From an uncultured Acidobacteriota bacterium (GTDB lineage Bacteria; Acidobacteriota; UBA6911), in the NCBI GenBank assembly GCA_963843575.1, contig CAWJKZ010000019.1, positions 192,001 to 256,000 of the forward strand: a stretch of DNA of 64,000 bases, written 5' to 3'. The translations under genes were made by a program, and so were the position numbers. This document shows positions 9,104 to 20,642 of the stretch, piece after piece. Under the pieces are notes generated by a model. It saw only the letters and a program-made list of their open reading frames with translations. It ran no database searches and had not been told where the DNA came from. The stretch's first letter is position 1; each line of letters opens with the position of its first letter.

Positions 9104-9481
9104 TCACCTGTAGTATTTCCTGTCGTGAACACAGAAGACGCCTTCTTCACAGACCCACCGTTGGAGCTCTTCTTCCAGGAACTTCGCTATGCCCTTGTCT
9201 CGTATGCGCTCCAGGTTTTCGATCTGGCTCATGCCATACCGCGTACGATAGCGGCGGTCCAGGTGGCGTAACCGGTCGCAAGGGAATTCCGCGCAGTCCC
9301 AACAGAACTTGCCCTTGCGTTTGCTGCAAACCCGCAGTCGGCATAGCACTCGGGTTTTTGGCTTGTTCTGTTCGACGTGGTTGCAGCCGTGGCAGGGGTT
9401 GCGTTGACGCAGGTGGGCTTTGCAGATGGCGCAGTTCATGCCGCATGGTGCTATGAGGGTTTTGTCTATCGCCGTTGCCAT
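9104..9481 (-). CDS. DUF3795 cysteine-rich protein
   Basis: IAPCGMNCAIC...CHGC...C.LRVC...FCWDCAEFPC...IENLERIRDKG pattern. Confidence 0.85.
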   Translation of the reverse strand: MATAIDKTLIAPCGMNCAICKAHLRQRNPCHGCNHVEQNKPKTRVLCRLRVCSKRKGKFCWDCAEFPCDRLRHLDRRYRTRYGMSQIENLERIRDKGIAKFLEEELQRWVCEEGVFCVHDRKYYR

Positions 9482-9777
9482 CGAAACCCTCCGTTGCGGT
9501 CTCGCGTCGGGTATAGCCGATGGTCGGTGCCAGCCGCGGGCGGCATCCCAGCCGCGGTGTTTGAGTCGTCTCGCACCGTTCCCCGCAGTACTTCCATCAG
9601 GCCTGCCGCACGCCTTCTGGGAAGAGGAGGACTGGCTGACGCCAGGATTCGGATCGAGTTGAGGATCTCACGCCGGGTGGAATGTCGTTCTCCCGTACCT
9701 GGCCTCCCTTCTCAATGATTAACGGGCAGAGCAGAAGATGCGGCGGCCGTTGCTGTCGAGATCGGCATACCGGGCTC

Positions 9778-10662
9778 TCAGAAGAACGGGAACAACTCCT
9801 TCAGGTTCTCCCGCGTGAGGCGCGACCCGTATTCGCAGCCCTCGAAGGCCTCGGCATACCTCACTCGCGTGGCCCGCTCCGGGCCGTAAAGCTCAATCAG
9901 CTTGTCGCGGTACTTCCCGGCGATGCCTGACCAGAGGGGTTTCCAGGTCTCTCCCAGCCACCTGCGCCGCTCGGTTTTGTCTTTCGGGACGAGATTCAGG
10001 ATGCCCCGATTGAAGGGGAGCCACTCGTACATCTGGGATTCGTGGCAGTCGAGCATGTCGATCTTCTTTTCGATGAACTCAGTTATGTCGACGACCACAT
10101 CCGGCTTGAACGGGACCGGTTTCTGGAAATCGTCATGCGTGTAGACGATCACGGGATTCTTCTCGAGGTGCGGGATCGACGGAACGATGTTGGGGACCGT
10201 CACCATGTACGCCGCATCCTGGATCAGTGTCGCAGTATACCGATGATCCGGATGATAGTCGTTCGGCCGGGGAGAAACGATGAGATCCGGCTTGAACTCC
10301 CGGATTGTTTGGATTATCTGGCGCCGCACGTCGAGTGAAGGTGTGAGCTCGCCGTCGGGATTGTCGAGCACTGTGTAATGGGCCCCGATCGTCTCCCCGG
10401 CTCTCCGGGCTTCCTCGAAGCGGCGTTTGGCCAACGCGCCGCCGCCCGTGGACTGGTGTCCGGCACAGCCGTTCGTCACGGAAACGAGCCGGGCCTTGTG
10501 GCCCAGAGCAATGTATCGCGCGGCAAGGCCGCCGCAATTGTCGGCGTCGTCGGGGTGAGCGCCGATAATGAGCAACCTCAGGGTCTTCTGCTGTCCTGCA
10601 GCCTGGTGGATCCCGAGCATCAAAACAAGTAAGCACAAAAAGGTCCGTAAGCGTGTCCTCAT
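9778..10662 (-). CDS. PIG-L/LmbE-family deacetylase, exported
   Basis: GAHPDDAD, NDYHPDH and CHESQ motifs; signal peptide from MRTRLRTFLCLLVLML (ATG 10662). Confidence 0.9.
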   Translation of the reverse strand: MRTRLRTFLCLLVLMLGIHQAAGQQKTLRLLIIGAHPDDADNCGGLAARYIALGHKARLVSVTNGCAGHQSTGGGALAKRRFEEARRAGETIGAHYTVLDNPDGELTPSLDVRRQIIQTIREFKPDLIVSPRPNDYHPDHRYTATLIQDAAYMVTVPNIVPSIPHLEKNPVIVYTHDDFQKPVPFKPDVVVDITEFIEKKIDMLDCHESQMYEWLPFNRGILNLVPKDKTERRRWLGETWKPLWSGIAGKYRDKLIELYGPERATRVRYAEAFEGCEYGSRLTRENLKELFPFF

Positions 10663-10973
10663 GATTGCCTCGCGCTGTTGTTCAGATGACGGATTGTACC
10701 GGGACGGCCCCTTTGATTGTCGAGATAATTCGGCCAGCCTTATCGATTTCCTGCACCTGCCCACTCCGGTTCATTTTGGCAACGCGCGCCGCGCCCGGTC
10801 CACGGCGCTTTGGCATAGAGAATTTGATCCTCTTCCCCCATAAAATGCGAATCAGCCCTGCCCCCCATGCTACATTCATCGACACCGTGGACTATCAACG
10901 AACCGTCCCTCGGCCAACCTCGCGGAACCGGCAGCCCTGTGATCGGGAGTAACCGCGATATGGAGGCGGAACA

Positions 10974-11387
10974 ATGGGTATGATCCTTCGAAGTGTGGGA
11001 GCCGTCATCGCCGGTCTCATCATTGCCACGGTCTTTGTTATCGGCGTGGAGTGGATGAGTTCCATTCTCCATCCTTTCCCCCCGGGGGCAGATCCCACCG
11101 ACATCGAAACGTGCCGGGCGCATGTTGCCCGATATCCGACGGGGGTCCTGCTGCTGTGTTCTTTGGGTTGGGGGCTCGGCACGCTTGCGAGCTCGTGGCT
11201 GGCGGCACGCCTCGGACCGAAAAGGCATGCAGCACACGGCATCGCAGTCGGTTTGATTCTGCTCGCCCTCGCGGTAGCCAACATGGCCATGTTGCCGTAT
11301 CCGGCATGGTTCTGGATTATAAACCTGATCGTATTTCCGGCCGGTTTTTGGTTTGGGGCCAGGTTGGCGCGCGAACGCCGACAATAA
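10974..11387 (+). CDS. Small four-helix membrane protein of unknown function
   Basis: Four hydrophobic segments; GGAGG RBS. Confidence 0.8.
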   Translation: MGMILRSVGAVIAGLIIATVFVIGVEWMSSILHPFPPGADPTDIETCRAHVARYPTGVLLLCSLGWGLGTLASSWLAARLGPKRHAAHGIAVGLILLALAVANMAMLPYPAWFWIINLIVFPAGFWFGARLARERRQ

Positions 11388-11661
11388 GGGCGGTTGCCTC
11401 AGACGTGGAGCACGGGGGCGGCGCGCGTTTTGGGGAGGGGCTGCGATGAGCCGAAGAACGCGTGAAATCACACGAATGGAGGCTCTCGGAGCACTTGTGT
11501 TCCATAGTCGCCGAGTCCGTTCTCGTCAAGCAGCAACTCGTAGTTCTCTGGCACCACTATCCGAGGAGTCCGAGGGAGCGCAACGCTGTAGACATGCCAG
11601 TATCCGCCGCCGCAGTAGAAACCTGGTGAGAAATGCGGGCTAGCGTACGGTGCGAGCCGCC

Positions 11662-12591
<930 letters not shown>

Positions 12592-12810
12592 GGACGTCTC
12601 CTAGGGAAGTCGGAAGGCCGGGAGCCGGGAAGCTCGGAAGTTGCCGGGTTCGGCAGCACAGCCGCCAAGCCTCTGTTCTTTGAACCGTCAAAGCGCGCGC
12701 GTGTTTCGTGTCGACCTGTCGCTCGCCGGCCGGCCGCAATTCTATCGGCATCGGAGGGGTGGATCAAGGACCCAAATCTGACGGCATCTGACGGAGGAGG
12801 GAAACGCCTT

Positions 12811-13104
12811 CTATTGACTATTAGGAGAGTGTCGTAGCTGTAAATTCACATTGTTCTTCAATTCGATTGTGCCTGTCGTGCATTCGCCGGGAGGAACGTA
12901 GACGACTCCGCCTCCGGCCGCGACGCAGGCCTCCACGGCCGCGCGGAGGGCTCCGGTCGCGTTGTCCGCACCCCTGCCGGTGGCTTCCGAAATGCCGGAC
13001 GCCGAAGATGCTCTCCGGCGCCGCAACCGCTGGCTTCTTCGAAGCGGGACAGCCAGGCCGATAACGGCGCTCAATGTCAAAAATGCCGTCCTGGAATTCA
13101 TCAT
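12811..13104 (-). pseudogene. N-terminal fragment of a pectate-lyase-3/GH28-like beta-helix enzyme
   Basis: Signal-like start, FGVRHFG/ATGRG..NATGALRAAVEAC...GGGVVYVPPG...TGTIELKNNVNLQL, then an abrupt end; frameshifted. Confidence 0.75.
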
Positions 13105-13192
13105 GCCGGGAAGTGAGGGTCGCCAACGACCCTACGCGGCGGGGAGAATCCCTGGGACGGTGTGCTTGAGGCCGTCGTATGCGGCTGGTGTA

Positions 13193-14071
13193 TCAGCGAT
13201 TGATCTTCGCTATGGCCTCTTTGGCCCAGGTGGCGTATTCGGGACGCTGCTGCAGGTCCGCCACGCGAAAGATTCTCAGGCCGTGGATTTTGTTTTCATT
13301 GATGTAGCGGACGAAGGTGGCCAACGTCTGCTTGTACTCTTCCGGATTCTGCCATCCCGGCACCGTTCCGGAGTTGAGGTAGAGTCCCGCTATGATGGTC
13401 TTGCCCTTGAATTTTTTTGAGATGATGGACAACACTTCGTCGGCGTATGGGAGCAAACGTTCACCGTAGAAACTGGCGACGACCCCGTCGAAGTCGTAGT
13501 CGAATGCCCGGTCCATTTCCATGCGCGGGTAGCACGGAAGCCAGATGGGCAATTGCGGATTCGTGGCGCGGATTTTGGCAATGATCTCGCGCCATTGCGC
13601 GTCAGTTCTTCCCCCCTGGCTTCGCGGGTCTTTCTCTGCCTCCGGTCTCTTCACCGCGTCCATTTCACCATAGAAATCGTTCAAGTAGATTCCGATGATT
13701 CGTTTTTCGGTGAGTGCCTGTTTGGCGATCCACTCGGCATGTGCCATGGACTGGTCGTGCTTCCATCCCCAGACCGACCTCTCGATCTTGGCAATGACGT
13801 ATTTGACTCCCGGCGTATTCAGGTGGCGATACATCAGGGTGTCTTCCAGTTTGTACGTACCGTCGTAAGCCTTGTCGTGCGTCCATATCGTGTTGAAGCC
13901 CACTTCCTTCACGGTGGGCGCAATGTCGACCTTGTCGCTGTGTTCCCAAGCTGTGATCAACACTTCGTTGGGGATCAACGGTGAGCGCTGCGCTTTCGCG
14001 CCGGCCGGGCAGAGCAGTGAGATAGCTGCGGCCAGCAGCGCACTATTCACATGCCTGGATTTTCCGAACAT
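13193..14071 (-). CDS. Secreted hypothetical TIM-barrel-like protein
   Basis: Signal peptide (A-K-A); IIGIYLNDF motif resembles the GIxLDDFF motif of the three paralogs later in the window; AGGAG RBS. Confidence 0.8.
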   Translation of the reverse strand: MFGKSRHVNSALLAAAISLLCPAGAKAQRSPLIPNEVLITAWEHSDKVDIAPTVKEVGFNTIWTHDKAYDGTYKLEDTLMYRHLNTPGVKYVIAKIERSVWGWKHDQSMAHAEWIAKQALTEKRIIGIYLNDFYGEMDAVKRPEAEKDPRSQGGRTDAQWREIIAKIRATNPQLPIWLPCYPRMEMDRAFDYDFDGVVASFYGERLLPYADEVLSIISKKFKGKTIIAGLYLNSGTVPGWQNPEEYKQTLATFVRYINENKIHGLRIFRVADLQQRPEYATWAKEAIAKINR

Positions 14072-14839
14072 GGATGATTTCTCCTATTTCAGGTAGTCGT
14101 TCCCTCCGGTCCATCCAACGGGAGGATCATACGCTGATAGTCCGAACAAGCTGCGAGTTTTCTCGCATACTCAGGTACGGAACCAGCTTCTGATATAAGG
14201 TGGTGGACCAGATCCACCTGCGGCGGACGGAAGGGACGCTGATGCCAGAACGAGCGCCGCTGCAACCAGCCAGTTCCCTGGTTGGATCCGGAATTTCGGG
14301 ATCGAACTCGGGCATCCTCTCCAGCCAGTAGATCCCTCCGTCCACCACCATGCCGGTGTTGTGAGTCGCCTGGCCAATTGCGAAGGTGAGCTTGTTGCCC
14401 CCTTATACACTGTCCATCCAAAGTGCGACGAGATGGTCGCGGAGGCTTTTCATGGTGTGCCTCCCGAAAACTCGATCCGAGTATGATCCAATAAAGCCCG
14501 GCGAGCCGCTAACGATTACTGGGACTGCTAAAACTCGATCTCGAACGCCTGTGCCGGCATATAATCGACCTCGACGACCGATGCAGGAACCGCGGAGCGA
14601 CTCGCCGAAGTTGTCATAGGGCCCTATTGGGGAACTTGATCGGCAGCCGCACCCGAGGCTGGCATCCGTAATGCAGTCCATTCCGACTGCGCGCGTTGGC
14701 AGGGATGTTCTTCGTCGCAGGGCGCCGGCCGGAATCCGGGAGTGGCGGTGGTGGGTGGCAGGGATTCTGCCGGTGCTCCCGGGGCGGTCGGCGGCAAAGT
14801 CGATATCGGCTGCTACGAGTCGAAACAGGAGGAGTCAAC

Positions 14840-16378
14840 ATGAACCGCATTATCGCGCCGGCTGCCGTATGCCTCGTGCTGGCCGCCGGGGCTGCGCTCC
14901 GCGCCCCGGCCGTCTACGTATCCACCACCGGAGACGATGCGAATCCCGGGACCAAGGCCAAACCGTGGAAGACGCTGCAACATGCCGCCGATGTCGCCAC
15001 TACCGGGAACCACCGTGAACATTCGCGGGGGCGTCTATTGCCAGCAGTTGGCGGTGAAGGTTTCAGGCAGCGCGGAGAAGGGATTCATCACCTTTCGCAG
15101 CCAGCCGGGCGAGACGGCGGTCCTCGACGGCGCCTGCCTGGCACCGCCCGAAGGGGGCCCCCGCGGCGGCGGCGCGGCCATGGTGGCGCTGAACAACGTG
15201 AGCTACGTGCGCCTCCAGGGCCTGGAGATCCGCAATTACCGCACCGACGACCGCCGCCGCACGCCGGCCGGGATTCGCGTCTCGGGCGCCGGCAGCCATA
15301 TCGAGATCCTGAAGAACAACGTCCATCACATCGAGCAGAACTTTCCGGGACGGGACCGGCCGGGCAGCGGGGGAAACGGCTTCGGCATCGCGGTCTACGG
15401 CACGGACCCAAAGACCCCCATCAGCGATCTACTCATCGATGGCAATGAGGTTCACCACCTGAAGACCGGTTCGAGCGAGTCGCTGGTGCTGAACGGTAAC
15501 GTGGCGGGTTTCCGCGTCACCCGCAATGTCGTCCATGACAACAACAACATCGGTATCGACCTCATAGGCCATGAGCGCGTCGCCAAGAACCCCGAGGTAG
15601 ACCGCGCGCGCGACGGCGTGATCAGCGGAAACCTGGTCTACAACATCACCTCGAAAGGCAACCCCGCCTACGGCGACGAGGTGAACTCAGACGGTATCTA
15701 CGTGGACGGCGGCACACGTCTGCTGATCGAGCGCAACATCATGCACGACGTGGACTTCGGAATCGAGCTGGCAAGCGAGCACTTCGGCAAGACCACGAGC
15801 CATATCACGGCGCGCAACAACCTGATCTATAACTGCCACACGGCGGGCATTACCGTGGGAGGCTACGACGCCAAGCGGGGCACCACCGAGAACTGCATCA
15901 TCGCAAACAACACGCTTTACAACAACGATACCTGGGGCACCGAAACAGGCGAGTTCATGATGCAGTTCTACATGCGCAACAACGTCTTCGAGAACAACAT
16001 CATCTACGTCGGCAAGCACGGTCGCGTGATGACCAGCAAGTCGGGGCGCATGGACCCGAATACCCCCACCGTGACCATGGACCACAACGTCTACTATTTC
16101 CCGGGAGGGTCCCGAAAGCGGCCGAATGGCATTTCGACAATCAGGATTACCCCAGTTTCGAGGACTACGTCGAGGCCACCGGCAACGACCGCAACTCCCG
16201 CTTCGCCGATCCGCTTTTCGTCAATCCCACGGCCAATAACTTCCACTTGCGGAAGGGCTCTCCGGCGCGCGGCGCCGGCCGCAACACGGACGCCTCGGTG
16301 ACCGGCACCGAGGACCTCGCCGGCTCGCCCAGGGTGAAGGGCGGCAAGATAGACATCGGCTGCTACCAGGCGCAGTGA
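14840..16378 (+). CDS. Secreted right-handed beta-helix protein (DUF1565-type start, C-terminal DIGCY anchor-like tail); frameshifts near 15003 and 16115
   Basis: YVSTTGDDANPGT..KPWKTLQHAA, PGTTVNIRGGVY, repeated Asn ladders, DGIYVDGG; tail FADP.FVNP...NFHL..GSPA...DLAGSPRV.GGKIDIGCYQAQ*. Confidence 0.82.
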
Positions 16379-16384
16379 AGCGGG

Positions 16385-17338
16385 TCAGCGCATGTAGGGA
16401 ACGAAGCCCCGCGTTTTGGTCTTCAGCCGGTACACGGAGGACGTTGCCGTAATGTAGAGCGTGCGCAGGTCGGCATCGCCCCAGGCCAGGTTCGCGGCGT
16501 TCTCCGGCAGGACGATGGTGCCCAGGTGCTTGCCGCTGGGGGCCCAAACCCAGATCCCGAGCGGCCCGGTCACAAAAAGATTGCCCCGGCGGTCAACCCG
16601 CATGCCATCGGGAACGCCGGTTCGCGGCGGTCCTTCTTCCTTTCCGAACAGCCGTGGGTTGCTCAGGTCTCCGTTGCGGCCAACATCGTAGACACGAATC
16701 TCGCGCGTTTTGGAGTCATCGATGTAGAGGCGCTTGCCATCCGGTGAAAACGCCAGTCCGTTGGGTGCGTCGAGGTCTTTGACCAGGAGGCGCAGCGACC
16801 CGTCCGTGCCCAGCCGGTATACGCCCTGAAACGGGATCTCCTGTTTCTGATCCTTGGGCAGGTCCATGTTCGGGTCCGTGAAATAGAAGGCGCCGTCAGG
16901 GCCCAGCACGATGTCGTTGGGGCTGTTGAGGCGCTTCCCCTCGTACTTGTCGGCCAATACCCGGTACGTGCCGTCCGGTTGAACCGCAATCACCACGCGG
17001 TCGGTATCGCCGGTGGTAATCAGCCGGTACTTGCGGTCCATGGTGCTGCCGTCGGGGTCGCCGATGTCCAGCGCTTTCTCGATGCGCCCGTCCGGGAAAA
17101 CGCGCGAGACCCGGTTGTTGGTCTCATCCGTCACGTACAGGAACCCTTTTGGGTGCCAGGCGGGGCCTTCCAGGAAACCGAAACCGCCTGCGACCTTTTC
17201 AAGCGTGGCTCCCCGATCGATCAGCTTCCAGAATTCTTCCGACTCCGCCTTTAATTCGAATGGACGCTGCGGGCGCGGCTGGGCCTCCAGTCGCTGCAGC
17301 AGGCACAATCCCAACAGTACCCAATGTATCGGTTTCAT
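16385..17338 (-). CDS. SMP-30/gluconolactonase/LRE family protein, exported
   Basis: FLEGPAW, LNSPND, YFTDP, PNGLAFSPDG and PDGMRVD motifs; start MKPIHWVLLG at 17338. Confidence 0.92.
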   Translation of the reverse strand: MKPIHWVLLGLCLLQRLEAQPRPQRPFELKAESEEFWKLIDRGATLEKVAGGFGFLEGPAWHPKGFLYVTDETNNRVSRVFPDGRIEKALDIGDPDGSTMDRKYRLITTGDTDRVVIAVQPDGTYRVLADKYEGKRLNSPNDIVLGPDGAFYFTDPNMDLPKDQKQEIPFQGVYRLGTDGSLRLLVKDLDAPNGLAFSPDGKRLYIDDSKTREIRVYDVGRNGDLSNPRLFGKEEGPPRTGVPDGMRVDRRGNLFVTGPLGIWVWAPSGKHLGTIVLPENAANLAWGDADLRTLYITATSSVYRLKTKTRGFVPYMR

Positions 17339-17436
17339 AAACTGTAGTATACACAGCACGGCAATCGAGTTCAGGCCAGAAGGCCCGTGCCACTCAAAAC
17401 CTTTTCCGGCCCTTCGAGGCGGCCTCGTTTTTTCCG

Positions 17437-17629
17437 TGAAGCCCGGACGCAGTTTGCGGTCGCTGTAACGAGCGCCCGTCGCTACAGAGATCAGATCAAA
17501 AGACGTCCGGGCTGAAGCCCGGACCCACTTGTTTTCCGGCAGGCCGGGAGGTTCAACCGTTGGACGACCTCTGAAGCCCGGACGCAGTTTGCGGTCGCTG
17601 TAACGAGCGCCCGTCGCCACATAGATCAG
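17437..17629. repeat. REP-like element: two 58-bp direct repeats (17437-17494, 17572-17629) around a palindrome GTCCGGGC-TGAA-GCCCGGAC (17505-17524)
   Basis: The copies differ at 2 positions. On the minus strand each contains a GT(A/G)G-initiated hairpin, GTAGCGA-CGGGCGC-TCGTTAC. Confidence 0.8.
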
Positions 17630-17784
17630 GACTGGCGCGTTGCTCTTGTCCGCCCGCAGCGCGGCTTTCAGTGTCGCCTCCACTCGGAGACCCGCCGCAA
17701 CCATCCCGCCTCAGAACGAAGACCAAAGGAAGCGCAATAAAGCCAGAAGCCTGCTATGCTCCATTGGAGACAGGAGTTGAGACG

Positions 17785-20142
17785 ATGAAGCTCTATCCCC
17801 TTGTTGCATCTCTGGCAGCAGTCGCGGCCGTGGCTGCGCCCCTGCCCAGCCGCTTTGAAAAGCCGCGCGTGGCTATTATCATCAGCCACGACAGCTTTAA
17901 GCAGGACTGGAATACGACCCAAATGTCGGGCCACGCCTGGGCCGGGAACGCCAACCTGGCAGGTCTTCCCTACGACACCGTCTTCGTGAGCGACGTCGCG
18001 GACGCAACGGCTCTCCAGCGCTACCGTGCGCTGGTCTTCGCGCAGTGCTTCGCCGTGGAGGACGCGCCGGCGCGGCAGTTGGAAACGGCCCTGGGCGCTT
18101 ATCTGCAAGCCGGCGGCGGCGTGATCGTGGACGGGAGACTCGCGGTGGTGGACGAGAACGGCAAGCCGCGGGACCACGCGGCGCTCGATGCGCTGCTGGG
18201 CATCGAGTATCCGGGCCTCCAGGGCGACACGGGATTTCGCGTGACGGTCAAGGACAACCGGCACTTCATCGTGCGCCAGTTCGACCCGGGCCAGTACTTG
18301 AATCAGTTCATGGCCGGGGGATTGAACATCCTCCAATTCGCCGGGCAAACGGGCACGCTGCTGGTCAGCACGGACGGCAGGCAGTCCTGGCCGTTTCTGT
18401 CCGCGGCCAGCCGCGGCCCAGGCCGCGTGGTGCTGTTCAGCGACCTCACCACTCTGGCCGGAGCGACATCCATCTTCCGCAACGAGCCGCCCCAGGGTTT
18501 TTACGCCAACAAGCTGATCGACACTGCCATCCGCGGGTTGCAGTGGGCGACCTACGGCAGTGTGCGCGGGCCTATTCCGGCCCCGCAACTCGTCAACGCC
18601 AACATGGCCGCCATTGTACGGCTGGATGCGGACCTCAGCCCCAAACTGGAGTATCAACAACAGACCTTCCGCTTCCTCACCGAGACCGCCGAGCAGACCG
18701 GTGTTCAGAGCCGTTTACGCGTGGGTTTCGAGCGGCGCCACAAAAGCCGGCTGGGAGGCCCTCGCGCCGCTCGGCAAACGGCTGGAGGAAGTCGGCGGCC
18801 AGATCGGCACCCACAGCAAGAACCACCGCATCCGCAACGGCATGCCGGAGGAACAGTGGAAGGTCGAACTGGAGGACTCCGTCGCCGAAATCGAAAGCAA
18901 CCTGGCGCGGGTGGGCACGCCACTGGGAAAGGTCGAGTGGTTCATCAATCCGGGCGACACCATCAGCAATCTGCTACTACGACAAGCTGGCGCGGCTGTT
19001 CCGCATGTGCATGACCCACGGGTTCGAGCAAGACACGCCCATCGGATTCGGGAACATGACCTGGTACACCGGCGCGGAGAAGAATTTCGTGGTGTTCGAG
19101 GACGTTCCGTCACCCGACTATCAGTGGTATTACGACCCCGAGTGGAGCTATACGACGGCGCAGATCACGTCCTACCAGGAGGCCATTCTCGATCACCTGT
19201 TTCAAGGTGTCGGCCGCGGCGTGGTGTACAACCAGATGTGGCACGACTACGGGATCTTCTCCATGCCGGTGACTCAGCGTGCGTTGCCTGCCGGCGCCGC
19301 CCCCAGGCCACCGCGCATCAAGAACACCTACCTGCTGCCGCTCTACGAAGCCGTGCGCGCGAAGTGGGCGTCGCTGCCCATCTATGCACCGGAGCCTGAA
19401 GATCTCGCCAACAAGGTGCTCGCCCTGGCGCAATGGGACTATTCGTGGCAGGCCGACGAGTCGCGCGTCGATCTGACTCTGGATATGTCGGGGCTGCGAA
19501 AAGACGAGATCGCACAGTTTATCGGCGGCATGGGGATCCGCATCGACAACACGGCCGACCCGATCCAGTCCGTTACGATCGACGGCCAGCCGCACCTCGC
19601 CTTTTCCGATCACATGGTGATCCTCCCCAACCTCGCGAAGGGGCTCCACAAGGTGTCCGTGACCCTGGGGCCGCTGCCGTCCAACGCGACGCGCCTCACT
19701 TACGTATCCAAGAGGATGCCCGCCGTGCGGCAGCAGGCCGACGGCCTGGCGGTGGAACTGCTGGCCAGGAGCAAGGCCCGCATGTCCTTCCACACGGATA
19801 CCCCGGCGGTCCTGGTGGGGGCCGATTTCCAGGAGTGGAACCGCAAGGGCAACCGCCAGTTGGATGCCTGGGTGGTGTCCGACCGGACCGTGGTGCTGCG
19901 CAAGGCGGCGCGTACCGGTTTCGGGATTTTGCAGGCCTCGGTCGCGCGTGCTGGATTTCCGGGACACACCTTCGGCTGTCATCCTGACGCTGGAGGGTCC
20001 GAGCGCGGATTCGCCGCTCCGGTTCACCGCCGGCCGGGCTCCCAAGCGCATCCTCGTGAACGGCAAGCCCGTCCAGGCGCCCGATTCGGAAATCATGGTG
20101 CCGCAGGCCCGGGGCAAGGTGCAGGTGCAGGTAGAGTTCTGA
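17785..20142 (+). CDS. Large secreted protein: GATase-like/trimerisation domain, NodB-like polysaccharide-deacetylase barrel and C-terminal beta domains; frameshifts near 18706, 18971 and 19946
   Basis: Signal peptide MKLYPLVASLAAVAAVAA; AIVRLDAD, QIGTHSKNH and YNQMWHDY motifs spread over four consecutive overlapping ORFs. Confidence 0.65.
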
Positions 20143-20217
20143 GTTGTCAATCAGTACAGTGCTGAGTGGCACAGGAAAGGCACGTGAAACAGAGCCCCCA
20201 GCACCCCAAAACGGAAC

Positions 20218-20406
20218 ATGCTGATCTGCACGAAGCCGACTCGGAAATGGCGCTTGGTTCGCGACGGCAGCTTCCCCCCAAGCCGCCGAATCGGAAAATT
20301 TGCGACTGCGTGGCTTTTCTCAGAGGTAACCGAATGGATCCAGGCCCGCGCCAACGGACGCGCGACATGGCACAGCAAATCGGAGGAACCATCGACCTGT
20401 AAATGA
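20218..20406 (+). pseudogene. AlpA-family (excisionase-like) regulator remnant
   Basis: WRLVRDGSFPPSRRIGKFATAWLFSEVTEWIQAR matches the AlpA G.FP....G....W..SEV..WI pattern; the N-terminal helix is missing or degenerate. Confidence 0.65.
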
Positions 20407-20642
20407 GGACACTCAGTCAATCCACACTTGATTCGTCGTTCCACCTCGGACCAAAGAGCGTGTCCGAGATCCTTGTGTTGAAGGGTAAAGCGCTGCAGCG
20501 TATTCCCTGAACGTGTCTTGTCAGATAGGCTCCAGCCTCCATGGCAGATCAATCCGGAACAGGGAACTCGATCGAGAACAGATCGAGGAACGCCAGCAGC
20601 CGGTTGCGGCTCGGTTGAAGGTTTCTGTACCACGGCCGCGCT

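Noticed and set aside
12605-12645. Short GGAAG(T/C)C-type repeats upstream of the Tat isomerase
   Set aside because: Too short and degenerate to interpret.
14100-14700. Possible degraded gene on the minus strand (HLVALWMDSV*GGNKLTFAIG...GGIYWLERMPEFDPE)
   Set aside because: Protein-like but interrupted, and I cannot assign a family.
17437-17629. CRISPR array
   Set aside because: Only two 58-bp units with a 77-bp structured spacer and no cas genes; fits a REP-like repeat.
20167-20182. sigma54-like TGGCAC-N5-AGGCA, and GG-N10-GC at 46102
   Set aside because: Poor -12 elements and no well-positioned intact gene start.
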